Of a DNA stretch of 48,400 bases, positions 19,222 through 28,008 are shown piece after piece; the first letter of the stretch is position 1; every line of letters begins with the position of its first letter. Source of the stretch: Candidatus Hermodarchaeota archaeon (lineage in GTDB: Archaea > Asgardarchaeota > Hermodarchaeia > Hermodarchaeales > Hermodarchaeaceae); NCBI GenBank assembly GCA_016840065.1, contig JAEOTB010000101.1:1-48400 (forward strand), written 5' to 3'. The translations under genes and the position numbers were made by a program. The notes under the pieces are model-generated. The model searched no databases, was not told the origin of the DNA, and saw only the letters and a list, made by a program, of their open reading frames with translations.

Positions 19222-20061
19222 ATGCCGCCAGAAGGGCTTCTCACACAGACTCAGCGTTGGCTTCGCGCCAGAGGAATTACAGCAACGAAGCGGTTGGGGC
19301 AACACTTTCTGATTTGCGACGAAGTTCTTTCGCGCACAATAGATTATGCTGATTTGGCACAAAATGACACTATACTTGAGATTGGGGCAGGTATTGGAAC
19401 ATTAACACGAGCATTAGCTAGCCAGGTTCAGCATGTGTATGCTATTGAGAAGGATCCAAAACTGCACGACGCGCTTCAGAAGGAGTTTGAGGGAAGCACC
19501 AGAATAACGTTCATCCGCGGCGACGCTGTAAAAGTAGAATGGCCTTCTACTACTAAATTAGTAGCGAACTTGCCGTTTGGAATATCATCGCCAGTGCTTT
19601 TCAAGTTTCTTTCCTCAGAAATTCCAGTAGCAATTTTAATGCTTCAACGAGAGTTTGCCGAACGGCTCACCGCTTCTGCTGGGTCAAAAATCTACGGAAG
19701 ACTTACGGTGATGTCAACCTACATAGCCACATCTGAGATTCTAGAATATGTAGCGCCTAATTGTTTTCATCCACCTCCTGAGGTTACATCCGCTTTAGTC
19801 AGAATTAAGCGGCGTACAGAACCAGCGTTTAACGTAGTAAATCATTCACTTTTTACCAAGCTTGTTATATCCTTCTTTAATCAGCGTCGAAAGAAAATCC
19901 GCTCCCCCCTCATAGCTCTACTTCGGGAAATGAAGTTAAAACCACACAGTATCGAAGAAATTAAAAGCAGAATTCCTTGGCTCGACCTCCGAGCAGAGAA
20001 GCTCAAACCAGAAGAACTTGCAGAAATCGCCAACATCATACACAAGGTGCTATCCGATTGA
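19222..20061 (+). CDS. rsmA: 16S rRNA dimethyladenosine transferase KsgA/Dim1
   Basis: LGQHFL, EIGAGIG, ANLPF, MLQREFAERL, F.PPP.V.S. Confidence 0.95.
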   Translation: MPPEGLLTQTQRWLRARGITATKRLGQHFLICDEVLSRTIDYADLAQNDTILEIGAGIGTLTRALASQVQHVYAIEKDPKLHDALQKEFEGSTRITFIRGDAVKVEWPSTTKLVANLPFGISSPVLFKFLSSEIPVAILMLQREFAERLTASAGSKIYGRLTVMSTYIATSEILEYVAPNCFHPPPEVTSALVRIKRRTEPAFNVVNHSLFTKLVISFFNQRRKKIRSPLIALLREMKLKPHSIEEIKSRIPWLDLRAEKLKPEELAEIANIIHKVLSD

Positions 20062-20684
20062 ACATAGTAGAGGCAAGCTTCTCGGATGTAAGAGTTGTTG
20101 TACATGATGGAGTCTATGAACCAGCTGACGACACCTTCTTGCTCTGCCAATACCTTGACATTTCTCCAGGGGAAAAGATGCTTGAAATTGGTTGCGGATG
20201 TGGACTCGTATCTATTGTTGCCGCAAGAAACGGAGCGACTGTTGTTGCTACTGACAAATCACTAGCTGCGGTGCAGAATATTCGAGAGAATGCTAGGAAA
20301 AACAATCTCCATGATAAAATCGACATACGCCAAGGATCGTTATTTGAACCAATTCAAAGAGATGAACGATTCTCCGTTATTGTCTGTAATCCACCCTACT
20401 TGCCAGGAACTAGAGAGGATCCAGCTTATGACAGCGCATGGTCCGGGGGACCAGATGGACGAGAAGTGATAGATGCCTTCCTCTCCCAATGCACGAATTT
20501 TCTTGAAAAAGACGGGCGTGTTCTAATTGTACAATCTTCACTCTCCAACCCAGAAAAGACCTATCTTATGCTGGAAACCTTGTTCCACAACTCAACCATA
20601 AAGGCAGAAAAACGCTTCTTTTACGAGCGCCTTCTTCTATTTGAAGCCCACCAACCCCGCCAGCTGACAACTGAAAGGTTTTAG
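20058..20684 (+). CDS. HemK2/Mtq2 (N6AMT1-like) methyltransferase
   Basis: VYEPADDTFLL, EIGCGCG, NPPY, GG.DGR; TTG start overlaps the KsgA stop. Confidence 0.9.
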   Translation: MNIVEASFSDVRVVVHDGVYEPADDTFLLCQYLDISPGEKMLEIGCGCGLVSIVAARNGATVVATDKSLAAVQNIRENARKNNLHDKIDIRQGSLFEPIQRDERFSVIVCNPPYLPGTREDPAYDSAWSGGPDGREVIDAFLSQCTNFLEKDGRVLIVQSSLSNPEKTYLMLETLFHNSTIKAEKRFFYERLLLFEAHQPRQLTTERF

Positions 20685-20716
20685 AATCAGTCTTCCCAGA
20701 AAAGGAATGGTGGAAC

Positions 20717-21889
20717 ATGCCAGTCAACTTGACCTCAGAGGGCTCGGCAGCGAAAAGAGCATATGAAGAAGCGACCGGCCTAGAGGACAGGATTGAAAAA
20801 TTAGAGAAATTCATAAGTTTAATCCCCAAACACAAAAGTTCAGAAAAAATGGTGGCCACCTACCGGCATCGTTTGACTGTTTTACGTAGCGAGTTGGAGG
20901 AGCGTCGGGCTAGGAGAAAATTAAGTACTGGCGGTCCCACTTACAGCTTGCCGAAGGAGGGGGCTGGGCAGGTTGTATTGGTCGGGCTTGCTAGTAGTGG
21001 TAAGAGTACACTGTTGAATCGGCTTACTGGCGCCAAGGCTAAGGTTGGTAGCTATGGATTCACAACCCAGCTGCCTGAACCAGGAGTTTTGAAATTCGGA
21101 GGTAGTGGTATCCAAATCATTGAGATGCCAGCTCTCTTTGAAGGAGCTGAAGAGAGTAGTGTTGGCCGCCAAATTCTTGGCGGGATTCGGAATGCGGATC
21201 TCATTGTACTTGTTGTCGATCTTTCTAAGCCGCCTTTACCTCAGATGGAGTTCCTTATTGGGCTGCTAGAGAAGTCCAGGATTAGACTGAACAAGAGTCC
21301 TCCGCCAATCAGGTTTGCAAAAACAGGTAGTGGTGGTTTCCATATCATTGGTCAAACTCATTTCCAGGGCGACCCTGATCTTATTCAACAGTTGCTGCTT
21401 ATGCGGCGGGTTCATAATTGCTCTTTGCAGTTTAGGGGACCTGCGACTCTAGATGATCTTGTTGAAGTGGTTGATAGTAGAACCCGTTATGCTCCTGCTA
21501 TTGTTATTGGTACGAAAGGTGATGCGGAGGATAGTTCGGCTCATTTCGAGGAACTTGATAAGCAGTATGGTAGCGATTTTCAAATTTTCGCGGTTTCAGT
21601 TGAGAAAGATAGGGGGATCGAGGCTGCTGCGGCGGGTATTTTTCGAGGGCTGGGTGTTATTCGTGTTTATACTCGGAAGGCTTCTGGGGAGGTTGCTGAT
21701 AAGCCAATTATTCTGCCTGAGGGTGCGCTTATTGAGGAGCTTGCCTCTCGTCTTCATAGTGATTTTCTAGTTAGTTTTCGGTACGCCATTGTTTTTAGGG
21801 AAGGTGGTCGGATGAAGCGCAAGAAGGTAGGACTTGCCTTTCGGTTGGAGGATCAGGATGTTACCCAGATTTTTACTGGCGGGAAGTAG
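20717..21889 (+). CDS. DRG/OBG-family GTPase with TGS domain
   Basis: PKHK, GAGQVVLVG...GKSTL, YGFTT, TKGD, IRVYT, LEDQDV. Confidence 0.9.
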   Translation: MPVNLTSEGSAAKRAYEEATGLEDRIEKLEKFISLIPKHKSSEKMVATYRHRLTVLRSELEERRARRKLSTGGPTYSLPKEGAGQVVLVGLASSGKSTLLNRLTGAKAKVGSYGFTTQLPEPGVLKFGGSGIQIIEMPALFEGAEESSVGRQILGGIRNADLIVLVVDLSKPPLPQMEFLIGLLEKSRIRLNKSPPPIRFAKTGSGGFHIIGQTHFQGDPDLIQQLLLMRRVHNCSLQFRGPATLDDLVEVVDSRTRYAPAIVIGTKGDAEDSSAHFEELDKQYGSDFQIFAVSVEKDRGIEAAAAGIFRGLGVIRVYTRKASGEVADKPIILPEGALIEELASRLHSDFLVSFRYAIVFREGGRMKRKKVGLAFRLEDQDVTQIFTGGK

Positions 21890-21986
21890 GAGGGGGGCGT
21901 GTTTGTTATGATTGTCGCGCAAGATTAATAAGATTGGGAGATTTGCTGATACCGTCCACTCATTATGATGTGGGAGGCTCACAACG

Positions 21987-22526
21987 ATGGTAAGACCTGG
22001 TAGATGTTATCGCCATATCAAGCGCCCACCCTACACACGGCACAAGTACATTAAGAGAATCCCTGGACGTAAACTAGTGCTATTTCGGATGGGAAAGAAG
22101 AAGAACAGGAATTTCCAACTAACATTGAGCCTCACCACAGACGAATCAGTGCAAATACGACATGAAGCCCTAGAAGCAATGCGTATCGCTGCTAACCGTT
22201 TTCTAAACCGTAGCATTGGCGTCGAAAGCTACTTTCTGTGGGTTCGAATTTATCCGCACCAAATACTTCGCGAAAAAAGGATGATGGCCTTCGCAGGTGC
22301 TGACCGAATCCAAGAAGGAATGAGGCGCTCTTTTGGAAAACCCTTTTCACTAGCTGCGCGCGTGCGTCCAGGCCAACCAGTACTTACCCTTGAAGTCGAT
22401 TTCAAACACCTGCAAATCGCTAAGGACGCCCTACGCCGAGCAAAAATGAAACTTCCCACTCCTTGCACAGTTCGTCTAGATCGTGCGAATCCACCTGAAC
22501 TAGCCGTAAAAGTTGGACTACACTAG
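21987..22526 (+). CDS. rpl10e: Ribosomal protein L10e (uL16)
   Basis: RPGRCYR, QIRHEALEA.R, AGADRIQEGMR.SFGKP. Confidence 0.97.
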   Translation: MVRPGRCYRHIKRPPYTRHKYIKRIPGRKLVLFRMGKKKNRNFQLTLSLTTDESVQIRHEALEAMRIAANRFLNRSIGVESYFLWVRIYPHQILREKRMMAFAGADRIQEGMRRSFGKPFSLAARVRPGQPVLTLEVDFKHLQIAKDALRRAKMKLPTPCTVRLDRANPPELAVKVGLH

Positions 22527-22630
22527 AGATCTATCAAGTGTAGCTAGAAGATTCCCCTCGGAGAAGCACTACTGTCTTTTATTTTTTAGGACTTTAAGTA
22601 GCTTCTTATTTCCTGAATATTGACCCAGCC

Positions 22631-23869
22631 ATGGCTAGTATTCTCACTGATTTAAAGACAATTCCTAGGAATAGCAGGATTATTCTAGGTGTTTCCGTGA
22701 GCTGGTTCTTTTCAGCTGGGCTGGTATCATCGTGGAAGAACCTATTCATCAATATGTTCGGGGGTTTTCTCCTAGTGGGCGCTATCTCAACGGTGTCTTT
22801 GGGATTGAGTCTTCTGTTTTCTTTTATTGGAGGCCATTTGGGCTCCGTGTATTCCGAGAAGAAGATTGTCGTTACGAGCATCTTGTTTACAGCAATAGGA
22901 TACGCCCTTTTCGCTCTAGCGAATACTATCGACGTCCTAATCCTTGGTGTTATGTTCATGACATTCTCCAGCCTTGGCTCACCTTGTTTGAGTTCAATCT
23001 ATTTTGGCGAGGTTCAGCGAGAGCACCGTGGTCTTGCATCTGGTACCAAGACCGTCGCTGTGAATGTTGCTACCTTTACTGCCCCAATCGTAAGTACTCA
23101 TGTCTTGCTAAGCTTACTTGGGTTCGTGGGTATGATGCGAACAGGGTTACTTGTCACTGCTATTTGCTTAATTGTTAACAGTGGCTTGATTGCGCTTCTT
23201 GTTCGCACAAACCAAAGCGAAACTGGTACAACTAGTGAAAAGCCCGAGCCCAAACGACTTTTCCTTGACGGAGTACATACAACGTTTCGTGCGTCACCAG
23301 CACTCCGGCTGTTATTAGTTGTTACAATTCTTGAGAGCGTTGCATACAGCATTAGTTCAACATTCGAGATTTTCATCATCACGGAAGTAGTAGGCGTAAC
23401 AATCGATGCCTATAGTGTATTGTTGTTGATTTACGGCGTACTATTCATTCCTCTTGGATTTCTCTTTGGACGATTTGCCGATCGTGGAAGCCGGTGGCGT
23501 TGCGCGCTTGGGTTCCTCTTATTACCCTTCATAAACCTGGCTCTGATTTTTTCACGGGGTTTCTGGCAGCTTCTCGTGCTCTTAATGAGCGGAGCGGTTG
23601 GAGTTGCAGCGTGGTATGCGTGCAAATATCCCCTGATAACTGATTTAACACCAAGGGAGAATCTTGCTAGTGTATTTGCGGTCTTTCTGACACTACCCAG
23701 CTTGTTCGCCCTCTTCGTGCCGTTCCTCAGCAGTGTCTTCCTTCTTTCTTTTTCCCTTGAAGCGCTTTGGATGATTGAAGTAGGCATCTTCGGTTGTGGC
23801 GCTGCATTAATTCTTCTTGCATACCGTAAGTATTCAAGGGATTTCCTAGGTGCAGAAATTCTTAGATAG
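22631..23869 (+). CDS. MFS transporter
   Basis: ~12 TM helices; G..G....K and GRFADR loop motifs. Confidence 0.85.
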   Translation: MASILTDLKTIPRNSRIILGVSVSWFFSAGLVSSWKNLFINMFGGFLLVGAISTVSLGLSLLFSFIGGHLGSVYSEKKIVVTSILFTAIGYALFALANTIDVLILGVMFMTFSSLGSPCLSSIYFGEVQREHRGLASGTKTVAVNVATFTAPIVSTHVLLSLLGFVGMMRTGLLVTAICLIVNSGLIALLVRTNQSETGTTSEKPEPKRLFLDGVHTTFRASPALRLLLVVTILESVAYSISSTFEIFIITEVVGVTIDAYSVLLLIYGVLFIPLGFLFGRFADRGSRWRCALGFLLLPFINLALIFSRGFWQLLVLLMSGAVGVAAWYACKYPLITDLTPRENLASVFAVFLTLPSLFALFVPFLSSVFLLSFSLEALWMIEVGIFGCGAALILLAYRKYSRDFLGAEILR

Positions 23870-23873
23870 GGGA

Positions 23874-25163
23874 CTAGCTTTGTAAAGGAAAACGAAAAGC
23901 TTTGCCAGCGAATCGCGCTTCAGACTCCAACTCGTGATTAATCTCTATTAAGCGGTTGTATTTAGCTGTCCGGTCGCTTCTAGCAGGCGCACCTGTCTTT
24001 ATTTGTCCACAGGAGAGAGCGACAACAAGGTCAGCTATGAAAGTGTCTTCTGTTTCGCCACTCCGATGGCTGACAACTACTCCGTATTCATTTGATGTAG
24101 CTAGGTCAGCCGCTTGTATTGCTTCAGTTAAGGTACCGATTTGATTTACTTTCAACAGGAGTGCATTACCTGCACCAACGTTAATTCCATGCTGTATTCG
24201 ATTTGGGTTAGAAACGAAGAGGTCGTCACCAACAATTTGAACCTTCTCACCAACTTCTTTTGTTAAAGCTACGAAACTGTCAAAGTCGTTTTCACCAAAT
24301 GGATCTTCTATTGAGACCAATGGGTACTCTTTACATAATTTCTGATAATAGTCAATTAGCTCTACTTGGGATAGTTCATGACCATCTATTGAGTATCTAT
24401 TATGACTGTGGAACTCGGAGGCAGCAGCATCGATTGCAAGGGCAATTTCCTTCTCGGGAGTATAACCCGCCTCTTCAATTGATTCAAGAATTGCATCAAA
24501 AGCTTCTCGACTCTCAGCCATAGGAGGCGCGAAACCCCCCTCATCTCCGATATTCTTCGCTGCCGCTCCATATCGCTTCACTAGCACTTCTTTGAGGATA
24601 TGATATGTTTCCACACCTGCCCGTAATGCATCAAGGAAGTTTCTAAACCCAATAGGCATGATATGAAATTCTTGAATAGCCAGCAGATTTCCTGCATGTT
24701 TTGCACCATTGATGATATTCATCATCGGAACGGGCATCACATACTGCTTCCGAGACCGAAGATACCTGTATAGGGGCTGGTTCGTACTGCTAGCTGCTGC
24801 AGTTGCTACGGCAAGTGATACACCAAGAATTGCATTCGCACCCATCCGTGATTTATTTGGAGTCCCATCCACGGCAATTAGTATTTCATCGATTTTTTCT
24901 TGTTCTCTGCAGTCAAGACCAATAAGCGGCTTCGCGAGCTCCTCTACATTACTAACTGCAGTTTGAACACCTTTACCTGCATAACGTGAAACATCACCAT
25001 CCCGAAGTTCAACCGCTTCGTGCACACCAGTAGAAGCGCCAGAGGGAACCTTCCCAAGCCCATGGCCACCCTTTGTGATGACTTCAACTTGTAATGTCGG
25101 ATTACCACGACTATCGAGAATCTCTAAGGCCCGAACTTTAGTGATTTCGTAATGATTTGGCAC
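23874..25163 (-). CDS. eno: Enolase
   Basis: EILDSRGNPT, VPSGASTG, GDEGGFAP, LLKVNQIG, SHRSGETED; GTG start 25163. Confidence 0.98.
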   Translation of the reverse strand: MPNHYEITKVRALEILDSRGNPTLQVEVITKGGHGLGKVPSGASTGVHEAVELRDGDVSRYAGKGVQTAVSNVEELAKPLIGLDCREQEKIDEILIAVDGTPNKSRMGANAILGVSLAVATAAASSTNQPLYRYLRSRKQYVMPVPMMNIINGAKHAGNLLAIQEFHIMPIGFRNFLDALRAGVETYHILKEVLVKRYGAAAKNIGDEGGFAPPMAESREAFDAILESIEEAGYTPEKEIALAIDAAASEFHSHNRYSIDGHELSQVELIDYYQKLCKEYPLVSIEDPFGENDFDSFVALTKEVGEKVQIVGDDLFVSNPNRIQHGINVGAGNALLLKVNQIGTLTEAIQAADLATSNEYGVVVSHRSGETEDTFIADLVVALSCGQIKTGAPARSDRTAKYNRLIEINHELESEARFAGKAFRFPLQS

Positions 25164-25253
25164 GTAATCCAATCTCCAGTTATCGCATTCTAAGTTGTAA
25201 GTCAAATTAAAATCCATTCAATGCCACTCTTTTAGTCAAAGAAAGGGATAACC

Positions 25254-25883
25254 GTGTCATCACTTCTACCTCGAAAGAGACTAGAGATATTACTTAGTAA
25301 ACTAGAGGGATTTCCCGAACCATGTGCAGAGTTTGAGCAGTACGAAGTTTCTGATTCAGTCGCAGCGACTATGGCATTCACTGCAGCCACCTATGGTGAT
25401 ATAGAGGGGCGCGTTGTTTACGATTTGGGTTGTGGACCCGGACGACTAGCAATTGCTGCCGCTCTTCTTGGGGCAGAACGAGTTGTTGCCGTTGACATAG
25501 ATTCGAAAGTGTTAAAAGTCGCTAAACGCAACGCACAACAACTTGATGTGTACGATCAGATAGAGTTCGTCGTGCAAGATGTGAAGACGCTCAAAGGTAG
25601 GGCGGATACAGTGTTGATGAATGCGCCCTTTGGAGTTCAACAAGCTCGTGCAGATCGACCATTCCTAAAAAAAGGTATCGAGTTAGCGAATGTTGTCTAT
25701 TCTTTGCATAAGGCATCCAAAGGTGGAAGAGACTTCATTACCCAGTTCGTTTCTAGCCTTGGAGGGCACGTCTCATTTATTCAGGAGATGAGTATGGGAT
25801 TAGCAGCCACCCTGCGGTTTCACGAAAAACAGAGACATGTTATTCACGTCGATTTCTATCGAATTGAAAAGACGGAAGTTTAA
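25254..25883 (+). CDS. METTL5-family N6-adenine RNA methyltransferase
   Basis: EQY, DLGCG.G, NAPFG, AD.PFL, VYSLHK, FH. Confidence 0.9.
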   Translation: MSSLLPRKRLEILLSKLEGFPEPCAEFEQYEVSDSVAATMAFTAATYGDIEGRVVYDLGCGPGRLAIAAALLGAERVVAVDIDSKVLKVAKRNAQQLDVYDQIEFVVQDVKTLKGRADTVLMNAPFGVQQARADRPFLKKGIELANVVYSLHKASKGGRDFITQFVSSLGGHVSFIQEMSMGLAATLRFHEKQRHVIHVDFYRIEKTEV

Positions 25884-25887
25884 CTTG

Positions 25888-26502
25888 ATGCCTAATAAAC
25901 GTATTAAAGATGGAGACCACGTTGTTCCAGGAGACCGGTTGGGTGTTATCGAGGAATTTATCCCTGGACCAGGCACCTTCCAAGACCAAGATGACACAAT
26001 CTATGCTAGTGTCACAGGCCTCGTTCGAATTGATATGAGTGAACGGAAGATTCACATCGAAGCAATTACTAGAACCCCTGTTTTCCCCGAGCGAAACGAC
26101 ATCATAATCGGTGAAGTGCAGCACGTCGGGAAAAAAGCTGTCATCATTAACATCTTCCAAGTTAGAGGCATTCATTGTCCAATACCCTACTCTGGCTCAG
26201 TCTACATCAAAAACGCCGCCGCAGGGTATGTAGAACAAATGCGAGATCTATTTCGACCCGGAGACGTCATAATTGCCAGAGTTCAAAAACAGACCTTAGG
26301 TATGGCACGGTTATCTACGGTTGGACCCCGATTAGGTGTAATTCATTCCTCTTGCAGTAGATGCGGCCACTCTTTAACACACCAAAATCGGAGATTGACA
26401 TGCAATAATTGCGGAAATATAGAGCAACGAAAACTCTCTAAGGATTACGGGAAAATCTATGAACTAATGCATCCAGATGAATCTGATTCCCAAACCTCCT
26501 GA
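25888..26502 (+). CDS. csl4: Exosome RNA-binding subunit Csl4
   Basis: VVPGD.LG..EE..PG.G, S1 domain FRPGD.I.ARV, LGVI...CSRCG..CNNCG..E.RK. Confidence 0.94.
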   Translation: MPNKRIKDGDHVVPGDRLGVIEEFIPGPGTFQDQDDTIYASVTGLVRIDMSERKIHIEAITRTPVFPERNDIIIGEVQHVGKKAVIINIFQVRGIHCPIPYSGSVYIKNAAAGYVEQMRDLFRPGDVIIARVQKQTLGMARLSTVGPRLGVIHSSCSRCGHSLTHQNRRLTCNNCGNIEQRKLSKDYGKIYELMHPDESDSQTS

Positions 26503-26530
26503 ATTAAACTAAAAGGGGCAGTCCTGCAGT

Positions 26531-26755
26531 TTGGCACGCTGGACGAAGAAAATCCTAAATTTCGCGGTAACTAGAGCCACTGACCAGGTAACGTTTATTG
26601 AAAAACTTAGAAAGAAAATCAAATGCGAATTACAGATTCAAGGAGATTCCAGGGGCATCACACTTACATTTCGAGGAGATCGGGAACAAGTTCGTCGGAG
26701 TACTAGAATTGCAAGAGATATTTTCGATGAAATCAGACATACCAGAGAATGCTAG
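26531..26755 (+). CDS. Small hypothetical protein, DUF2067 N-terminal-like
   Basis: 74 aa alpha/beta ORF at the csl4-rpoL position where DUF2067 genes occur in other archaea. Confidence 0.55.
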   Translation: MARWTKKILNFAVTRATDQVTFIEKLRKKIKCELQIQGDSRGITLTFRGDREQVRRSTRIARDIFDEIRHTREC

Positions 26756-26839
26756 TTATCGAAACGAAAAGCAAGTTTTAAAAGTGGTGTAACAAACCAT
26801 CAGCGAACCAAAAGAAAATATGATTGGGAGTAACTACCG

Positions 26840-27121
26840 ATGAAAGCAATAATCGCAAAGAACACGACCAGAGAACTAGAGTTGGAACTCCAAGATGCGG
26901 GACATACTTTATGCAATCCTTTAAGGGAGATTCTATTTGAAAACAAGCATCTAACATTTGCTGGCTATTCGCTTCCTCATCCCCTAATCCGAAGGGCTAC
27001 ATTTATTGTGCGCACTGATGGAAAGGCTAAGCCTATCAAGGTATTTGTTGAAGCGGCACAGAAGTTGATTGAACGGATTGAAGAACTTCGAACAGCGTTT
27101 CGGAAAGGCATGGAGGCTTAG
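26840..27121 (+). CDS. rpo11: RNA polymerase subunit Rpo11/L
   Basis: GHTLCN.L, FAGYSLPHPL. Confidence 0.94.
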   Translation: MKAIIAKNTTRELELELQDAGHTLCNPLREILFENKHLTFAGYSLPHPLIRRATFIVRTDGKAKPIKVFVEAAQKLIERIEELRTAFRKGMEA

Positions 27122-27128
27122 TGAAAAC

Positions 27129-27593
27129 GTGGATGTATTAAGCAAGTTGCAACACCTGCTTAAGGGTCACGGAGTTAACTCAGTTGAATCCGCAATGAGG
27201 CGTAAGGACCTCGCTAGACTCGGAGATTCCCTAGCAAATTTATTGTATTCATTGGCTGAATCTCTAGTGCATGAACGATTTGGGGGAGGAAAGATTTCAG
27301 GAAAAACCCTTGCTGCGGCTCTGAGATTGGCTAATTTACGGCATCTTGCGCCGTCCCGTCTTGATGCCCATGGTCTAGGTGATAGTGTTGAGGCACTGAT
27401 TGCTTACAAATGGATTAGGGGAAAACTGGACATACAAGAATCAGTAGCACTCTTAGCACGGGAAATTAAACATGCTACCGAGAACAGAGAGCCTGGACAA
27501 ACGCAGGGTCAACCCGTCGTCAAAGCCTTTGCAGTTTTGATTCGAAATATTTGTGAAGATGAATTATCTGCAAGTATCAGAGAAAGCCAATAG
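27129..27593 (+). CDS. Stand-alone RNase III-like domain protein
   Basis: LARLGDSL.N..YS and GDSVEAL motifs; no dsRBD; start approximate. Confidence 0.75.
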   Translation: MDVLSKLQHLLKGHGVNSVESAMRRKDLARLGDSLANLLYSLAESLVHERFGGGKISGKTLAAALRLANLRHLAPSRLDAHGLGDSVEALIAYKWIRGKLDIQESVALLAREIKHATENREPGQTQGQPVVKAFAVLIRNICEDELSASIRESQ

Positions 27594-27650
27594 ATTATTA
27601 ACATAATTTTCTTCAAATTAAGCAAAACTACTGAACAGGAGATACAACAC

Positions 27651-27992
27651 GTGCGATTCTGCCCAAACTGCCAATCTTTACTCACCCCTCAAAAAGTCGA
27701 TAAAAGGAAGAAATTGGTATGCAAGCATTGTGGACATACACAATCACTTACAACTAAGGTGAAGGCATCCTATCGCATCAAGCAAAGAATAGACCATGGT
27801 CCCAAAGATGAGACCATTATCCTTGATGAAGAAAGTTCTAGGCATCGCCCAATGCCTACTGTCCGTGCAGTATGCCCAAAATGTGGTCACAAAGTAGCAT
27901 ATTATTGGCAGGTACAAACTCGCTCTGGAGATGAAGGGATGACTACATTCTATAGATGTCACGAATGCAGTCAAACATGGAGGGAGTACTAG
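27651..27992 (+). CDS. tfs: Transcription factor S (TFS)
   Basis: FCPNC..CKHCG..CPKCG..QTRSGDEGMTTFYRC..C..WRE. Confidence 0.95.
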   Translation: MRFCPNCQSLLTPQKVDKRKKLVCKHCGHTQSLTTKVKASYRIKQRIDHGPKDETIILDEESSRHRPMPTVRAVCPKCGHKVAYYWQVQTRSGDEGMTTFYRCHECSQTWREY

Positions 27993-28008
27993 CCTCCTCA
28001 CCTCTCCT

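Noticed and set aside
19977-20057. Arg-rich N-terminus of the HemK ORF
   Set aside because: Overlaps KsgA in another frame; TTG 20058 coupled to the stop explains the start
21453-21770. 105-aa hydrophobic ORF within drg
   Set aside because: Alternate frame in the G+T-skewed segment of a well-supported gene
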